A stretch of DNA of 64,000 bases from positions 40,252,454 to 40,316,453 of the forward strand of contig NC_133619.1 of assembly GCF_048593235.1 (NCBI RefSeq), written 5' to 3'. Below the pieces are notes generated by a model, which searched no databases, was not told the DNA's origin, and saw nothing but the letters and a program-made list of their open reading frames with translations. Of the stretch, positions 26,789 through 37,990 are shown one piece after another. The first letter of the stretch is position 1; every line of letters starts with the position of its first letter. The position numbers and the translations under genes are program-made. This stretch comes from Sminthopsis crassicaudata. Its lineage: Eukaryota.

Positions 26789-26869
26789 GAAGGAAATGGT
26801 TGCCTGAAGTTTCTGAAGCAAGTCCCTACCAAATAATGAGTATGGACAGTCTGGCATGACCAGGAACTG
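26789..26869 (-). pseudogene. ERV protease C-terminal half
   Basis: QFLVMPDCPYSLFGRDLLQKLQATISF (the GRDLL motif). Confidence 0.85.
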
Positions 26870-26895
26870 TGCTGTGCCCTAGATGGACTGTGCAC

Positions 26896-27018
26896 TCAAT
26901 AGTCCAGTAGTTTATCCTTTCTCCACGATATTCCATAATCATGATGTTTAAATGTCTCAGAAAAATGGCGAGGAAGACATTCAAGTGGAGTTATTGTTTT
27001 TGAAGCAGAGTTTCCCAT
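26896..27018 (-). pseudogene. ERV gag matrix N-terminus, truncated (40 aa)
   Basis: MGNSASKTITPLECLPRHFSETFKHHDYGISWRKDKLLDY*; myristoylation-type MGxxxS start and TPLEC motif. Confidence 0.75.
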
Positions 27019-27695
27019 GATAAGGTGGCTGAGTTGACAAATAGCCTTATACCACTAGCGGAGAACTCCTACTATCTTTGAACACTGCTTCTTTCAGACA
27101 GAATAGTCTAATTTTTTTCTGTTCCTTATGACTGATTGCCAAATTTCTCAACCACAGTTCTTAAAACCTAAGTAACAAGACAGGCAAACAAGACATACAA
27201 AACACATAGACTGCCCAATTACAACATTCAACAAGACATAAACATAACCTCAGACTCAGAACCAGAACCAGATGGTGTCTTAAAAACACCCAGATTTATA
27301 CTCTAGAATACCCAGAGTTGTGCCACCGGCACACAGAACCAGATATGTGTCTTAAAAGACACTCAGAACAGAGGATGTCAGTCCAGCGTCCTGAAGGATG
27401 CCCTTCTCAGAATTTAAAGGCCATCAGCATTTTATAGTCTGAAAATCCAGATGCTAGCACAGACAGAACAGATATCCGATTGTGTCATAAGACACCCAGA
27501 CTTATTCTCCTATGGCCAAAATGGTGTCTACCATCAGCATGGCTGCGGCTGGAGAACTGTTCTCTTCCTGGAGACTCTGAAGAAATCCAGAGAACTAACC
27601 TTTCCCAAGAAAAAAGCCCAGATCCTCAACCATCCCTGGGCCCAAGGTGGAGAGCCAAAGGTCTCTAATCTCTAATCCGGTTCTCAGCTTCTGTT

Positions 27696-27713
27696 ATCTC
27701 GGTGGAATCTTCA
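27696..27713 (-). promoter_or_regulatory. Primer binding site, tRNA-Gln type
   Basis: The - strand reads TGAAGATTCCACCGAGAT, a 16/18 match to the Gln PBS TGGAGGTTCCACCGAGAT, 2 nt after the LTR end ...ATTACA. Confidence 0.88.
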
Positions 27714-27715
27714 AA

Positions 27716-28102
27716 TGTAATGCTGGAGAAACTGAGGCAAGATAGAGATTAGAGAGTTTTAATATTTTATTTATTGGAGAGCTTAATTGATTGACTGGAC
27801 AGAACTCTCATCTCGCAGTGGTGAATGTGAGACTCCCAGGCTTTTTTAATAGGACTCTAGTAAGAAGAGAAACAAAGGCAGGAAGTAAAGAGCGGGAATT
27901 TTCAGGGATGGATCATAAATTAGATGTCTGAACAAACAGATGTCAAATATGTACCTGAGATAATCTTGTTTTTTGGAATGTTTAGAGTGGGTAGTACAGC
28001 CCTAATGGACAGGAAAAAAAGGTGGGGGGGTTGCATACTAACTCAGGACAATGGAGATGTAATTCAGGGAAACTGAGGTAGAATAATTCAAGGAGACTGG
28101 CA
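27716..28102 (-). repeat. 5' LTR
   Basis: The - strand starts TGCCAGTCTCCTTGA...CCTCAGTTTCCCTG and ends CCTCAGTTTCTCCAGCATTACA. It contains AATAAA and abuts the PBS. Confidence 0.8.
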
Positions 28103-29962
28103 TACCTAGAAATCCCACCTGGTGAATGTGCTAGTTAAAATGTAAGAATTCTCCGTCCTTCAGCAAGAAACAGAAGTAAGGGCCCTTGTAAGGTAGGAAT
28201 AGAAGAGAGCAAAGAAAGTCAGGAAGATCACCTGAGAACTGCTATTTCTTTCCTCCGCACCTTCCGGCTGCCAGACATAAAGTGCAAGGAGTGGTGGTCT
28301 GTGTGGGCCCCCTAGAAAGACAAGATGGCGAATCTCCTGTGTGGACACGGTCTGTGAGCAAAGTCCCACAGGGAGCCGCTCTCTCATGTTTCTGCATTCT
28401 TGGCCTGCTCTGTGGCTGAGAGAGGACTCAGAGGCTCACCCAGGGAAGCTCCTTGTCCCTGCCCAGCCAGACTCCTGCCTGAGCTGGCCAAGCTAGGACA
28501 TGTCTGAGCTGGTGGATATACAATAACCAGGAGCAGTTTAAGAGCTAGTGAGGCTGGGAATGGAAGGACCAGTGTTCCCAGCTCTGCCTGTGGGATCTAG
28601 GGGGGTGGGTCTTGGGGAAGTCACAAGGTGTGCGTGTGGGGGGAGGGGCTCAGGACCTTTAAGGGATTTCCCTGGGGAGACCTTAGTGATCCGTGTCCTT
28701 GGGTGGAGGCGGGGTTCTGTGTTAGAATTGCAGAAGGAAGATCTCCACATTCCTGTCAAACTGTCTCCCCACTTCTTGGCCCCCAAGCCCAGCAGGTGGG
28801 GGACAACGTGGCCTTGGCTACTCAGGGGGTATAAGCACTCTTGTCTGTGGAAGTACCTCAGGAGGGGTGGCTGCTTTAAGAGGGGCTCAGTTAAATAACT
28901 GGCTTGGGGTCAGGGAAAGGGTTGGTTAAGGGGGAACCAGACAAAACCTAGCAGGTTCTTTCTGTATCCCTCATTGTGTCCATCTACCCTCTTCCGGACA
29001 GGAGCTGCCTTTTTGAGGGGAGGGGAGTGTTCCTTATTGGGGGAAGGGTTAGAGAGTTTGTCTCAAATTTGGGGGAGTTTGGGAGGAGGACTGAGGCTGA
29101 GGGGGAAGACTGCCTCCCAGTCTCCTGAGGGTAGAACTGCCTCAGCCTTGGGGGAGGGGGCAGAACCCATCCCACAGAGAGATTTGAAGGTGTGGAAGGG
29201 TGTGGCTCCTGAGGGGGGTTGGGGGCAAACCAGCATTTCCCTGGAGCCTGCTCTGTGCTCCGAAGTGAGTCACCTATTTTATCCCTGGGTCCTCACAACT
29301 ATTCTTAGGTTCATTTTACAGTTGAGGAAAAGGGTGGGAGAGCGCACGAGGGGGAGGGGCACGCTCCTGCTGGGGCAGGGGGGAGGGCGTGAATGTGACT
29401 GGCAGCCCTCTGATCCAGTCAGAGCCCTCCCTGCCTGCGGCCCCGCCCCAGCTCCGCCCTCCCAGGGGACTTCGGGTCTCCCGCAGGCCTTGTGTCCCTC
29501 GAGGCTGGCGCCATGATTCGACCCCCGGGCCCCTAGCCCCGCGTGGGCCAGCAGCTTTGGAATCCAGGGCTTCTGGCTCCGGAGGCTTCCCTGCGAGGCA
29601 GGCTCTCCCTGGGACCCCTAGAATCCCCGTTAGAATTAAAAGGGGGAGAGGGAGGGAGCCCAGGCCGGCCTTTGCCCGGACTGAGGAGGAAACTGACTCT
29701 GAGGGAGGGCTTAACGACAATTAGCATGGGCGGACTTGAACCCCCCACCTTAGCACCGGCCCTGGGCTTGCCGAGGCTGCAGTGACTGCATGGTTTCTTT
29801 TTTTAAGGAGCCGAGGAGGGGGTGTCCGGGAGGGCATGGGTCCTGAGGGGTGGGGGAGGGGCTCCACCGCCCGCTGTCCACTGACCCACCTCTTCTGCTC
29901 TTCTCGATCCCTCCCCCACAGGCCCCCCAGTAAAAGCCCCCCAGCGGAGCCTCGGGCGAAGC

Positions 29963-30100
29963 ATGCCAGTGTGGACTAATCGGGCGCGGCTCTCAGGGTC
30001 CTGGTCCGGAGACTGGCGTGCCCCCAGCAGCCCAGGGGGGAAATGCTCTTTCCGAAGCCAACCCTTGGACGGGAGCAGCCCCGGCCCGAAGATGCGCTAA
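29963..30100 (+). other. uORF1, 45 aa (MPVWTNRARLSGSWSGDW...PGPKMR*)
   Basis: Hand-translated ATG 29963 to TAA 30100, out of frame with the CDS. Whether it is translated is unknown. Confidence 0.5.
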
Positions 30101-30153
30101 CGGCGCCGGACCCCTGTTTTCTCTCCTCCAGAGCGCTGGCCAAAATGTTCTAG
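30043..30153 (+). other. uORF2, 36 aa, in frame with B3GNT5, stopping 21 nt before the main ATG
   Basis: ATG 30043 ... ATG TTC TAG (30145-30153); 30175-30043 = 132 nt. Confidence 0.5.
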
Positions 30154-30174
30154 ACGGCAGCTCCTCCGGCGGAC

Positions 30175-31320
30175 ATGAGAATGTTTGGGAGTGGCCGCAG
30201 AGTGAAAAAGTGGCAGTTTGTGCAATTGTTCGCCACCTGCTTCTTACTGAGTCTCATGGTGTTTTGGGGACCCCTGGACAACCACATCGTGAGCCACGTG
30301 AAGTCCTACTCCTACAGATACCTCATCAACAGCTACACCTTCGTCAACGACAGCCTGTCTCTGAGGCACAGCTTGGATGGGGTCGCTAGCTTCCAATATC
30401 TGATCAATCATGAGGAGAAATGTAGAAACCAAGACGTGCTCCTCCTGCTCTTTGTGAAGACCTCGCCCGAAAACCGGTACCGGCGGGACGCCATCCGAAA
30501 AACGTGGGGCAATGACCGATTCGTCCGCTTTCAACTGAACGCCAACATCAAGACTCTCTTTGCCCTGGGGAGTCCTAGCGACCCCCTGCATTCTGAGAGA
30601 GAGAGGCTGCAAAAGGAGCTTTTTTTGGAAGATCAAGAGCATCACGATTTAATTCAGCAAGACTTCACCGATACGTTCTACAATCTCACTCTGAAACTGC
30701 TTTTGCAGTTCCGATGGGTCAACACGTACTGTGCACACGCCAAATTTGTGATGTCGGCAGATGACGACATATTCATCCACATGCCAAATCTGATCGAGTA
30801 CCTTCGAAGTTTGGAACAAATTGGTGTTCAGGATTTCTGGGTAGGTCGGGTCCACAGAGGGTCCCCTCCCGTGAGGGATAAGAGCAGCAAATACTATGTC
30901 CCATATGAGATGTACCAATGGCCTTCTTACCCGGACTACACGGCTGGGGCCGCCTATGTGATATCCGGCGATGTAGCCGCCAAGGTATACGAGGCGTCTC
31001 AAACACTTAATTCTAGCCTTTACATAGATGATGTGTTCATGGGTCTGTGTGCCAACAAAATGAAAATCGTACCACAGCATCATGTGTTTTTTTCTGGAGA
31101 AGGAAAAGCTCCCTATCATCCCTGCATTTATGAAAAAATGATCACATCTCATGGACATTTGCAAGACCTTCAGGACCTATGGGAGGCAGCGACAGATTCT
31201 CAAGTCAAAACGATTTCTAAAGGCTTTTTTGGCCAGATATACTGTAGAGTGGTTAAAATAATGCTTCTTTGCAAAATTAAGTATGTGGACACCTATCCTT
31301 GTAGAGCAGCATTCTACTAA
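30175..31320 (+). CDS. B3GNT5: Lactosylceramide 1,3-N-acetyl-beta-D-glucosaminyltransferase (Lc3 synthase), GT31 family, 381 aa, intact single coding exon
   Basis: [15 protein letters not shown]-terminus, a type II TM segment, [11 protein letters not shown], the DxD motif in [39 protein letters not shown], and the C-terminus YPCRAAFY. This matches the mammalian B3GNT5 sequence as recalled. Confidence 0.98.
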   Translation: MRMFGSGRRVKKWQFVQLFATCFLLSLMVFWGPLDNHIVSHVKSYSYRYLINSYTFVNDSLSLRHSLDGVASFQYLINHEEKCRNQDVLLLLFVKTSPENRYRRDAIRKTWGNDRFVRFQLNANIKTLFALGSPSDPLHSERERLQKELFLEDQEHHDLIQQDFTDTFYNLTLKLLLQFRWVNTYCAHAKFVMSADDDIFIHMPNLIEYLRSLEQIGVQDFWVGRVHRGSPPVRDKSSKYYVPYEMYQWPSYPDYTAGAAYVISGDVAAKVYEASQTLNSSLYIDDVFMGLCANKMKIVPQHHVFFSGEGKAPYHPCIYEKMITSHGHLQDLQDLWEAATDSQVKTISKGFFGQIYCRVVKIMLLCKIKYVDTYPCRAAFY

Positions 31321-33600
31321 TAGTACTTGAATACTGTCTTAACCGTCACTGAGCCAAACCTGAAAGAAAACCTTTCAATGTTTATCCAACTCCCAAGTAA
31401 AGCCTATCAGAATTTTTCTTTGATTAAAAAAAAAAAATCCACTCTACAACTTCAATTTTGTAGCCTAAAGCTATAAATTCCAACTTGAGAAATTTAAGAC
31501 TTTTGAAATTAAAATTAAAATGAAGTCCTCACTTAATATACCCCTTGTATATTTTAAAGTACAGAGAGTTGTTGGTTTATCTTTTTTTTTAAATATTAGA
31601 ATTGAATTAACTTCAACTTGGAAAACACCATTTTAAAGAAATCTGCTACATCTGTGGAATACTGAAATTCATTTTAAACTAGTACTTCAAGGGTGAGAAG
31701 GAAAATGAACCTGACCAATATTTGTGACAGGGGAGTTGTCGATAAGGACCTGGTAGATCTGGTCATTCTTAAAAAGATTTAGAAGGAAGAAAAACATGTC
31801 ACTGAAATTGATGTTGGCAAAATGATTTTTGTTTCACATCAATATAGTAACAATCTCTAAATACTGTTAGGCTAATTTATATTATATCTTTTTCCTTCCT
31901 AAAGCTTTAAAAGAAAGAAGCATGTTTTATTTTTGTTTTTGTTTTTTGGTACTGTTCTAATCTGTACTCTTCAAAATTTAAGCATTTTTGAATTTGATTA
32001 GGAAGAAACATCCAAAAAAATGACCTGTTTATTCACTAAATTCTTCCTTTTGTAGGGTGAAATTACAGTGTACTCTTAATTTTAATAAGGTTTTATTTAA
32101 TTGACACATTTTAGATTGATACCTTAAATTCTTTTTTCAAAACAAAATTGAGAATAGAAACTATTACTGATTTAGGAAACATGTATTCTTTCACAGAAGA
32201 AAAGCCTTGAGCGATTTTCAAATAGGTATTTTTAAAGGATTTTATTGATATCTAAGAAAACTAGTAGAAATTTTTCAAAAGGAAAGGGTAGCTACATATG
32301 AAGTCTTTCCCATTTTCCCAATGTAATTCACATTTAAATGATTTTAGATTTCTTAAAAAGAAAAAAAATGAGATAATAAAAGAATCTGTTAGTGCAAAAT
32401 TGTCCTAATCCATAAATTCTGTATTGGCTCTATACATTATTTTAAATAGGATACAAATTTTGATTTGGTTGAATGTCACAGACTTCAGCATTAAAAACCC
32501 CTCCTCCTAACATCAAAACCAGGTCCAGGGCGGACTTCACTTTTTCAGTATTTCAAGCTTGAGAGGAAAATGGGCTCATATTTTGATAAGAAAAAATTGT
32601 CCAAATTGGGTCCCACAGAAAATGTAAGACCATAACTAAGATGAGGAAAGGGTATGATAAATACATCCTAATATATGCCTAATATTGTGCTTCAAATAGG
32701 GGTTAAAAAATAAACACGAATGGATTTCCTGCATAATCTATTTCAAAGGTAGTATATTCAAGTCAAAATGGTGATTCTTCAAAATGAAAACTACAGTGTG
32801 GACCCATTCTGAATTAGTCTTTACATATGTGACTGCAAAAAAGGCCTATTCTTAATTATTAAGCTATTTCATCAAGAGGATATGCCTTGAAATAGGCAAA
32901 CATAAACTTCCCTTCTATACACCTGGCTCATTATGTATTTATGCAGTTTACTGGCAGATAAATCTTTTTTTTTTTTATTTTATTTCCTAAAGGCTTGTTT
33001 ACATTGCTCAGGCAGTAATTTCATTTAATTAACCCAATATTGAATGAAATGATATATAACAATTATAGATAAAGTCCAGGTAGATCTAAATTAGAGTAGG
33101 ACTTTTTGTATTGTTAGATTTAAATTTTCCTTGCCATTTTAAATACTGCAAATGATACATAACTTTTAATAAAGATGAGTTTGTACTTGTTGATCACTTT
33201 CCACTAGTTGGTGATTGAGACTGATATCCCTTTGACTTTTAGGTATGTGCTAGATTCATCTGTGACTTGTAGCTGTTTAAATTTGCCATTGGATAAAAAT
33301 ATCAATGTCTCCCTGACCATTGAAATGCTCTTGTGTTTTTACAGCAGGTCTGTGCTTTGAATACAGCAAGTCTGTTTAGTTAAACAATTATTTATTTGCT
33401 TTAAAAAGACCCTCATGCTTTATTGTTCAAGGTTGGTTATTATTATTCTTGCTTCAAAATAAAAATGAAACTTGTTTGAATTTAAAGAAAAAATGAAGGC
33501 ATTCCTTTTTAAGAATGGAGTTGCTAGAAACTTTCTTAGTCATTAGTATTTACAAATAAAAGGATTCCAACCTTTTAAAAAAGGAAGGAAATAAAACCTG
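31321..33600 (+). other. B3GNT5: B3GNT5 3'UTR (AT-rich) with candidate poly(A) signals
   Basis: Repeat-poor AT-rich sequence. AATAAA at 33168, 33458, 33555 and 33590, with GT-rich tracts downstream of 33168 and 33590. The true end is not determinable. Confidence 0.6.
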
Positions 33601-36600
33601 CTGGTGCTCCAATGCAGGGCTGTTGTGGTGTGAATTTTTATCATTACTGAAATTTTAAAAATCAGCCTGAATGGTCACTTGAATAGCAGTGAGATGATTG
33701 CACACAGTGTTATTGCCGAAATTTGTTTTTACCTCTGGTTGTTTTTTTGTATCTCTTTCCTTATTGCTGATTTTATACAAAAATGTAAAATATTTATAGT
33801 CCTCAAACTTTGCTCTGATACTGCAAAAGAGAACTGAGGCGTGTGGTTTTTTGTTTTGTTTTGTTTTTATTTTGGAAAATCTTTTTGGCATTTCCAATAA
33901 ATAATTTGAAAACTGACACCAGTTCAAAAGAGTTTTAAAATTCATTTCTAAACACGATATACTTAATATTGTCAACCTTGTGTAGTGTAGTACCTGCTTT
34001 CTGGGGCAAAGCAATCTGCTTTTTCTGTTCAAACAACTCGACATAGAAACTAGAGAATTTTAGATGTCTTTAGAGGCAGAAGGGATACTCCCTTAGAGAA
34101 AAGATCTAAGGCTTGTTACCTAGCTACTTACTGATTCAAGTTTCCTAACCCCCCCCCCACACACACACCCTGTTGCTTCCCAATTTGACCTTTACAGTGT
34201 AAAGCTATTTTTAAACTTATGAGTGATATTGTATGGTGTATTTCTTCTATGTGCGTGTATCTTAGATGATCTGGTATGCTAAAATTACCATTCAGGAAAC
34301 ATTTTTAATTTCTGGAAGGAAATGTTCTTATCTCCTAACATTTTCAGAATATAATAATAATAATATAATATAACATATAATATAAAAATATAATATAACA
34401 GCACATAAATAGCTGTTAGGTTTGCAGTGTATTTCCCCGGGACCACACAAGTAGTAAATGTCTGAGACAAAGTTTGAAGTCATTTGTCCTGACTGCAACA
34501 CTCTGGCATAATGTATACAAATAAAAATGTTATCTTTCATTTGAAAAAATATACTGAATATTTCCATCCCAGCATACCCAGTGCATAGTACCTAGGGAGA
34601 TATAATTAAGATATAATCTCATGAAGTTTACAATATCCTAGGAGACATGATATGTAAATATGCAATAACAAAATTATCAAAATCAGAAAAGAATGAGAGG
34701 TACAAAGTGAGATCCAAGAAGATAAAGGTTATTTTCAGAAAAGATGACAGGAAAGGCTTATCTGAAATAGAGAGGAAGTAGTACCTTGGGTAATGGATTT
34801 CAAAATGCAAAGATAGTGGGAAGGAGGGAAGAGTCCTAGGTTTAGAGAAAATACTCAACTGGAGTGAAGTGTAGTAATTCAGTCCAGCTGAATCAAGTGA
34901 AAGGTAGCACTATAGAATAAGGCTAAAAACAAAGTTGAAAGGTATAGGGCCTTGAGTGTCAGATTTTTTTTTGTCCTGAGTCCTCTCTATATTTTCTTGA
35001 GCTCTCATGGGTCATCATGATTCATGCAGATGACTACATCTTTTATGTTCAGCCCTAATCTCTTCTGAGCTCAAGTTCTGGGTCATCAACTGTCTACCAG
35101 ATGTTTAATTTTTTTTTTAAATTTTCATTTCCAAATTTTCTCTCCCTCTACCCCTTCCATTGAGAAGGCAAGAAATATGATGCCTATTATACATATGAAG
35201 TCTTCCAAAACCTTTTCACATAATGTGAAAAATAAAAGCAAGAAAAATAAAAATGAAAAAAGTATGTTTTTACTTAGCATTCAGTGTCCTTCAGTTTTCT
35301 GTCTGGAGGTAAATGGCGTTTTTCATCATGATTCCTTTGAATTGTTGTGGATTATTGTTTTGATCAGTTACCTAAGTCAGTTGATTATCATGATATTGCT
35401 GTGGTTCTGCTCACTTCACATTTCATCAGATCTGAAACCAGCCCTTTCCTCATTTCTTACCTAGAGTCACAATCATATAGTATAACTTTCAGCCAATTCC
35501 CCAGTTTAAAGAACTGCTATAGTTATTTTGGTATTTCCTTTTTCTTTGGCCTATCAGTTGATAGATTGATATAGTAGTTTCTTAAGTTCATAGATTTATA
35601 AACAGACTTGGAACTGAAAAAATTTAGCTATCACCTAATCTTACCTCTTCATTTACAAAAGAAAAAGGCCCACGGAAAGAGCTCACTCCCGAACTAAGAG
35701 GCTGAGATTCAAGTCTACTCGAGAATTTTTAGTATCCAAGTACCCTCTTTTCACTATACCATGATACTGTTTCACTACAATATTTGTAGGACAAATATTT
35801 CCATTTTGTTGCAATTAGATTAGTAGTCAGCAGTTCTGACTCTCACTTCCCTCGAATTAATCTCTTTTGTATACAATTGCCAGGCTAACTTCCCATTTTA
35901 GCAGTTTCCAATTTGCTACTCATTATTTAAAAGCCCTTTAATGATATCCTTATTTTCCTTCACAACAAATCTAACTTTCTCTGTCTGGGTTTAGGTGCCC
36001 CTGTAATTTGACCCATCCTACCTATCAGACTCTTATTTTCTTCTTTTTTTCCAGTTTGCTCCATTGCTCAAATTAGGCTGATTCCCCAGGAGCCAGTGAG
36101 CAGATTAAGGCCCCTCTATAGTTGATTCATTTTCCTGGAACCTCCGCCCTTTATCCTTCACCTTTGCTCCCTTGGAGTTGGAAGAACCAACTCCAATTCT
36201 ATCTCCTCCATACAAACTTTGCTGAGGACTCCAGTTCTCTTTGACTTTTCCTCTCTGAATTCCTAAACTGTGCAATTAAAGCTTGATTGCCCATTATCAT
36301 GAATTATTCTTAAACTCTCTCTCCAACTAAAGCTTGAGCTCTTTGAGTGATTCTATTGGGTCCTAAACTTTTATATCCCATGAAGTCCTATAGTCCTCTA
36401 AGGTACTTAAGAAATCCCTTTGGGTGTTACAGAAAGACTAGCTTGGGTTAACCATCAGGGAAGAAACTGCATCAAAATACAGAACTCTTCATCTAATAGA
36501 ATTTGCTATAAGGTAGCTTTATCTGTACCAATTTATTATGTTTTTACATTTCTATTTAATAGAAATATCGTACCTATCAATATAGAGCCCAATTTTATTA

Positions 36601-37429
36601 GCTTTACTTCAGAACTGATTTATAACTTTCTTGTTTTAATCTTTATGTCTTCAGAATTCTGATAAAATAAGATTAAGCGACTTTTTAAAATGACCCAAAC
36701 TAAGAATGGGACAAGAGTTTTTATTATCTTTCAGCCAATTAATCAATAAACATTTATTAACTGTCTATTTTGTGTCAGGCACTGTGTGAAGCAGTATAAA
36801 TGCAAAGAAAGGCAAAAGACAGTTTCTACTCTTGAGAAGCTCATGGTCTAATGGGGAAGACAACACATAAACTTTGTGAAAACAAGATATGTCCAGGGGA
36901 AATTGGAGACAATCAACACAGGGAAGGCACTAGAATTAAGGGGGATCCTTAAAGCTTCTAGAAGGCAGTGAGATTTTATTTGGGACTTTAAAGGAAGTCA
37001 GGGAGGTCAGTAGGCAGAACTCAAGAGGAAATTGGAACAGCAAGGTTAAAGATAATCCAAGATCACCTGGTTATGGAGTATCAGAGATGGGTCTGGGGGC
37101 CTAGTTACTTGCTGAATATGAGTTTGGCAAGGACACTCAAAGTTCCTTTATTTTCCAAAGTAAATACTATAATTCTTCCTTTCAACAACCCCATTAAAAT
37201 TTAAGTGACTTTGTTAAAAATTGTCCTTGTGCCTCTTTCCATTGTACAATCCTGCATCTTTGCTGAGACAGAGACCTGAGAATTGGACCCATGATTTCAC
37301 TGGTAGAATTGGCTACTATCCACCAGTGCAGGCTGGCATTTCTTTTTTAGCTTACTCGACTTAAAAAAGTTGATTCTTTACTTTATTATCTTATAGAAAA
37401 CTGTCCACTTATGTGTCTTGGAAATTTAA

Positions 37430-37990
37430 AAAAAAATTAAAACATTGTCTGAAGAAAATGATGGAAAAGATTTTTAACAAATTTTATCTGTCAGTTATAA
37501 TACTAGACATGACAATAAGTATGACCATCTCAGCCTATCAGAGATCTATCTGCATGTAGTCTTTGAATCCACAAAGAGCTATTAAATGTAAATAAAACTC
37601 TAATGTGGCTATAAAAATAAAAGTAAATAGGAAGTCTGGAAAGACCTATATGAACTGATATAAAGCGAAGTAAGCAGAACCAGAATAGCAATATTATATG
37701 CTGATCAATGGTGAATAACTTAGCTACTCTCAGCGATACCATCCGAAGGACTAATAATGAAACATTCTATCCAATGTCAGAGAAAGAACTGATGGAGTCT
37801 GAATACAAATGGAAACATACTTTTAAAACTTTATTATTTCTTTTGCAACATGGCTAACATGGAAATATGTGTTATATGATTGCACAGTCAAGAATCAAAA
37901 TTCTTGTCTTCTTAAGGAGGGGAAAGGAATTTGAACTCAAAATTTTTAAAAGTTTAAAACTGTTTTTACATGTCAATGAGAAATAATTGT
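37430..37990 (+). mobile_element. Old L1 3' UTR fragment
   Basis: Marsupial L1 3' motifs (TGGAAAGACCTATATGAACTGAT, AGAGAAAGAACTGATGGAGTCTGAAT). Confidence 0.65.

Larger units (their letters stand above)
24231..28102 (-). mobile_element. Internally deleted gammaretrovirus-like endogenous provirus (LTR-PBS-leader-gag'/'pro-RT-RNaseH'-LTR)
   Basis: Two same-orientation LTR segments (24243-24420 similar to 27726-27912), a PBS, the gag N-terminus, and protease, RT and RNase H motifs in the correct order on the - strand. No integrase or env is detectable. Confidence 0.92.
29922..30174 (+). other. B3GNT5: 5'UTR part of the B3GNT5 coding exon
   Basis: Branch point CTGAC (29881-29885), a polypyrimidine tract and CAG acceptor at 29919-29921, 253 nt upstream of the ATG. 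Confidence 0.7.
29380..30560. promoter_or_regulatory. Second CpG island, overlapping the acceptor and 5' CDS of B3GNT5
   Basis: High GC and CpG; GC boxes CCCCGCCCC and CTCCGCCC at about 29440-29460; AP-1 TGAGTCA at 29266-29272 nearby. Confidence 0.65.

Noticed and set aside
28321-28330. Perfect YY1 motif CAAGATGGCG about 220 bp outside the 5' LTR
   Set aside because: An isolated 10-mer with no supporting context; could be chance in 64 kb.
28538-30389. ORFs of 60-180 aa upstream of and overlapping B3GNT5
   Set aside because: GC-rich artefacts with no recognisable homology; only the short uORFs inside the spliced leader were kept.
30244-31164. Antisense ORFs of 133, 171 and 77 aa within B3GNT5
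   Set aside because: Shadow frames of a real CDS, with no independent support.
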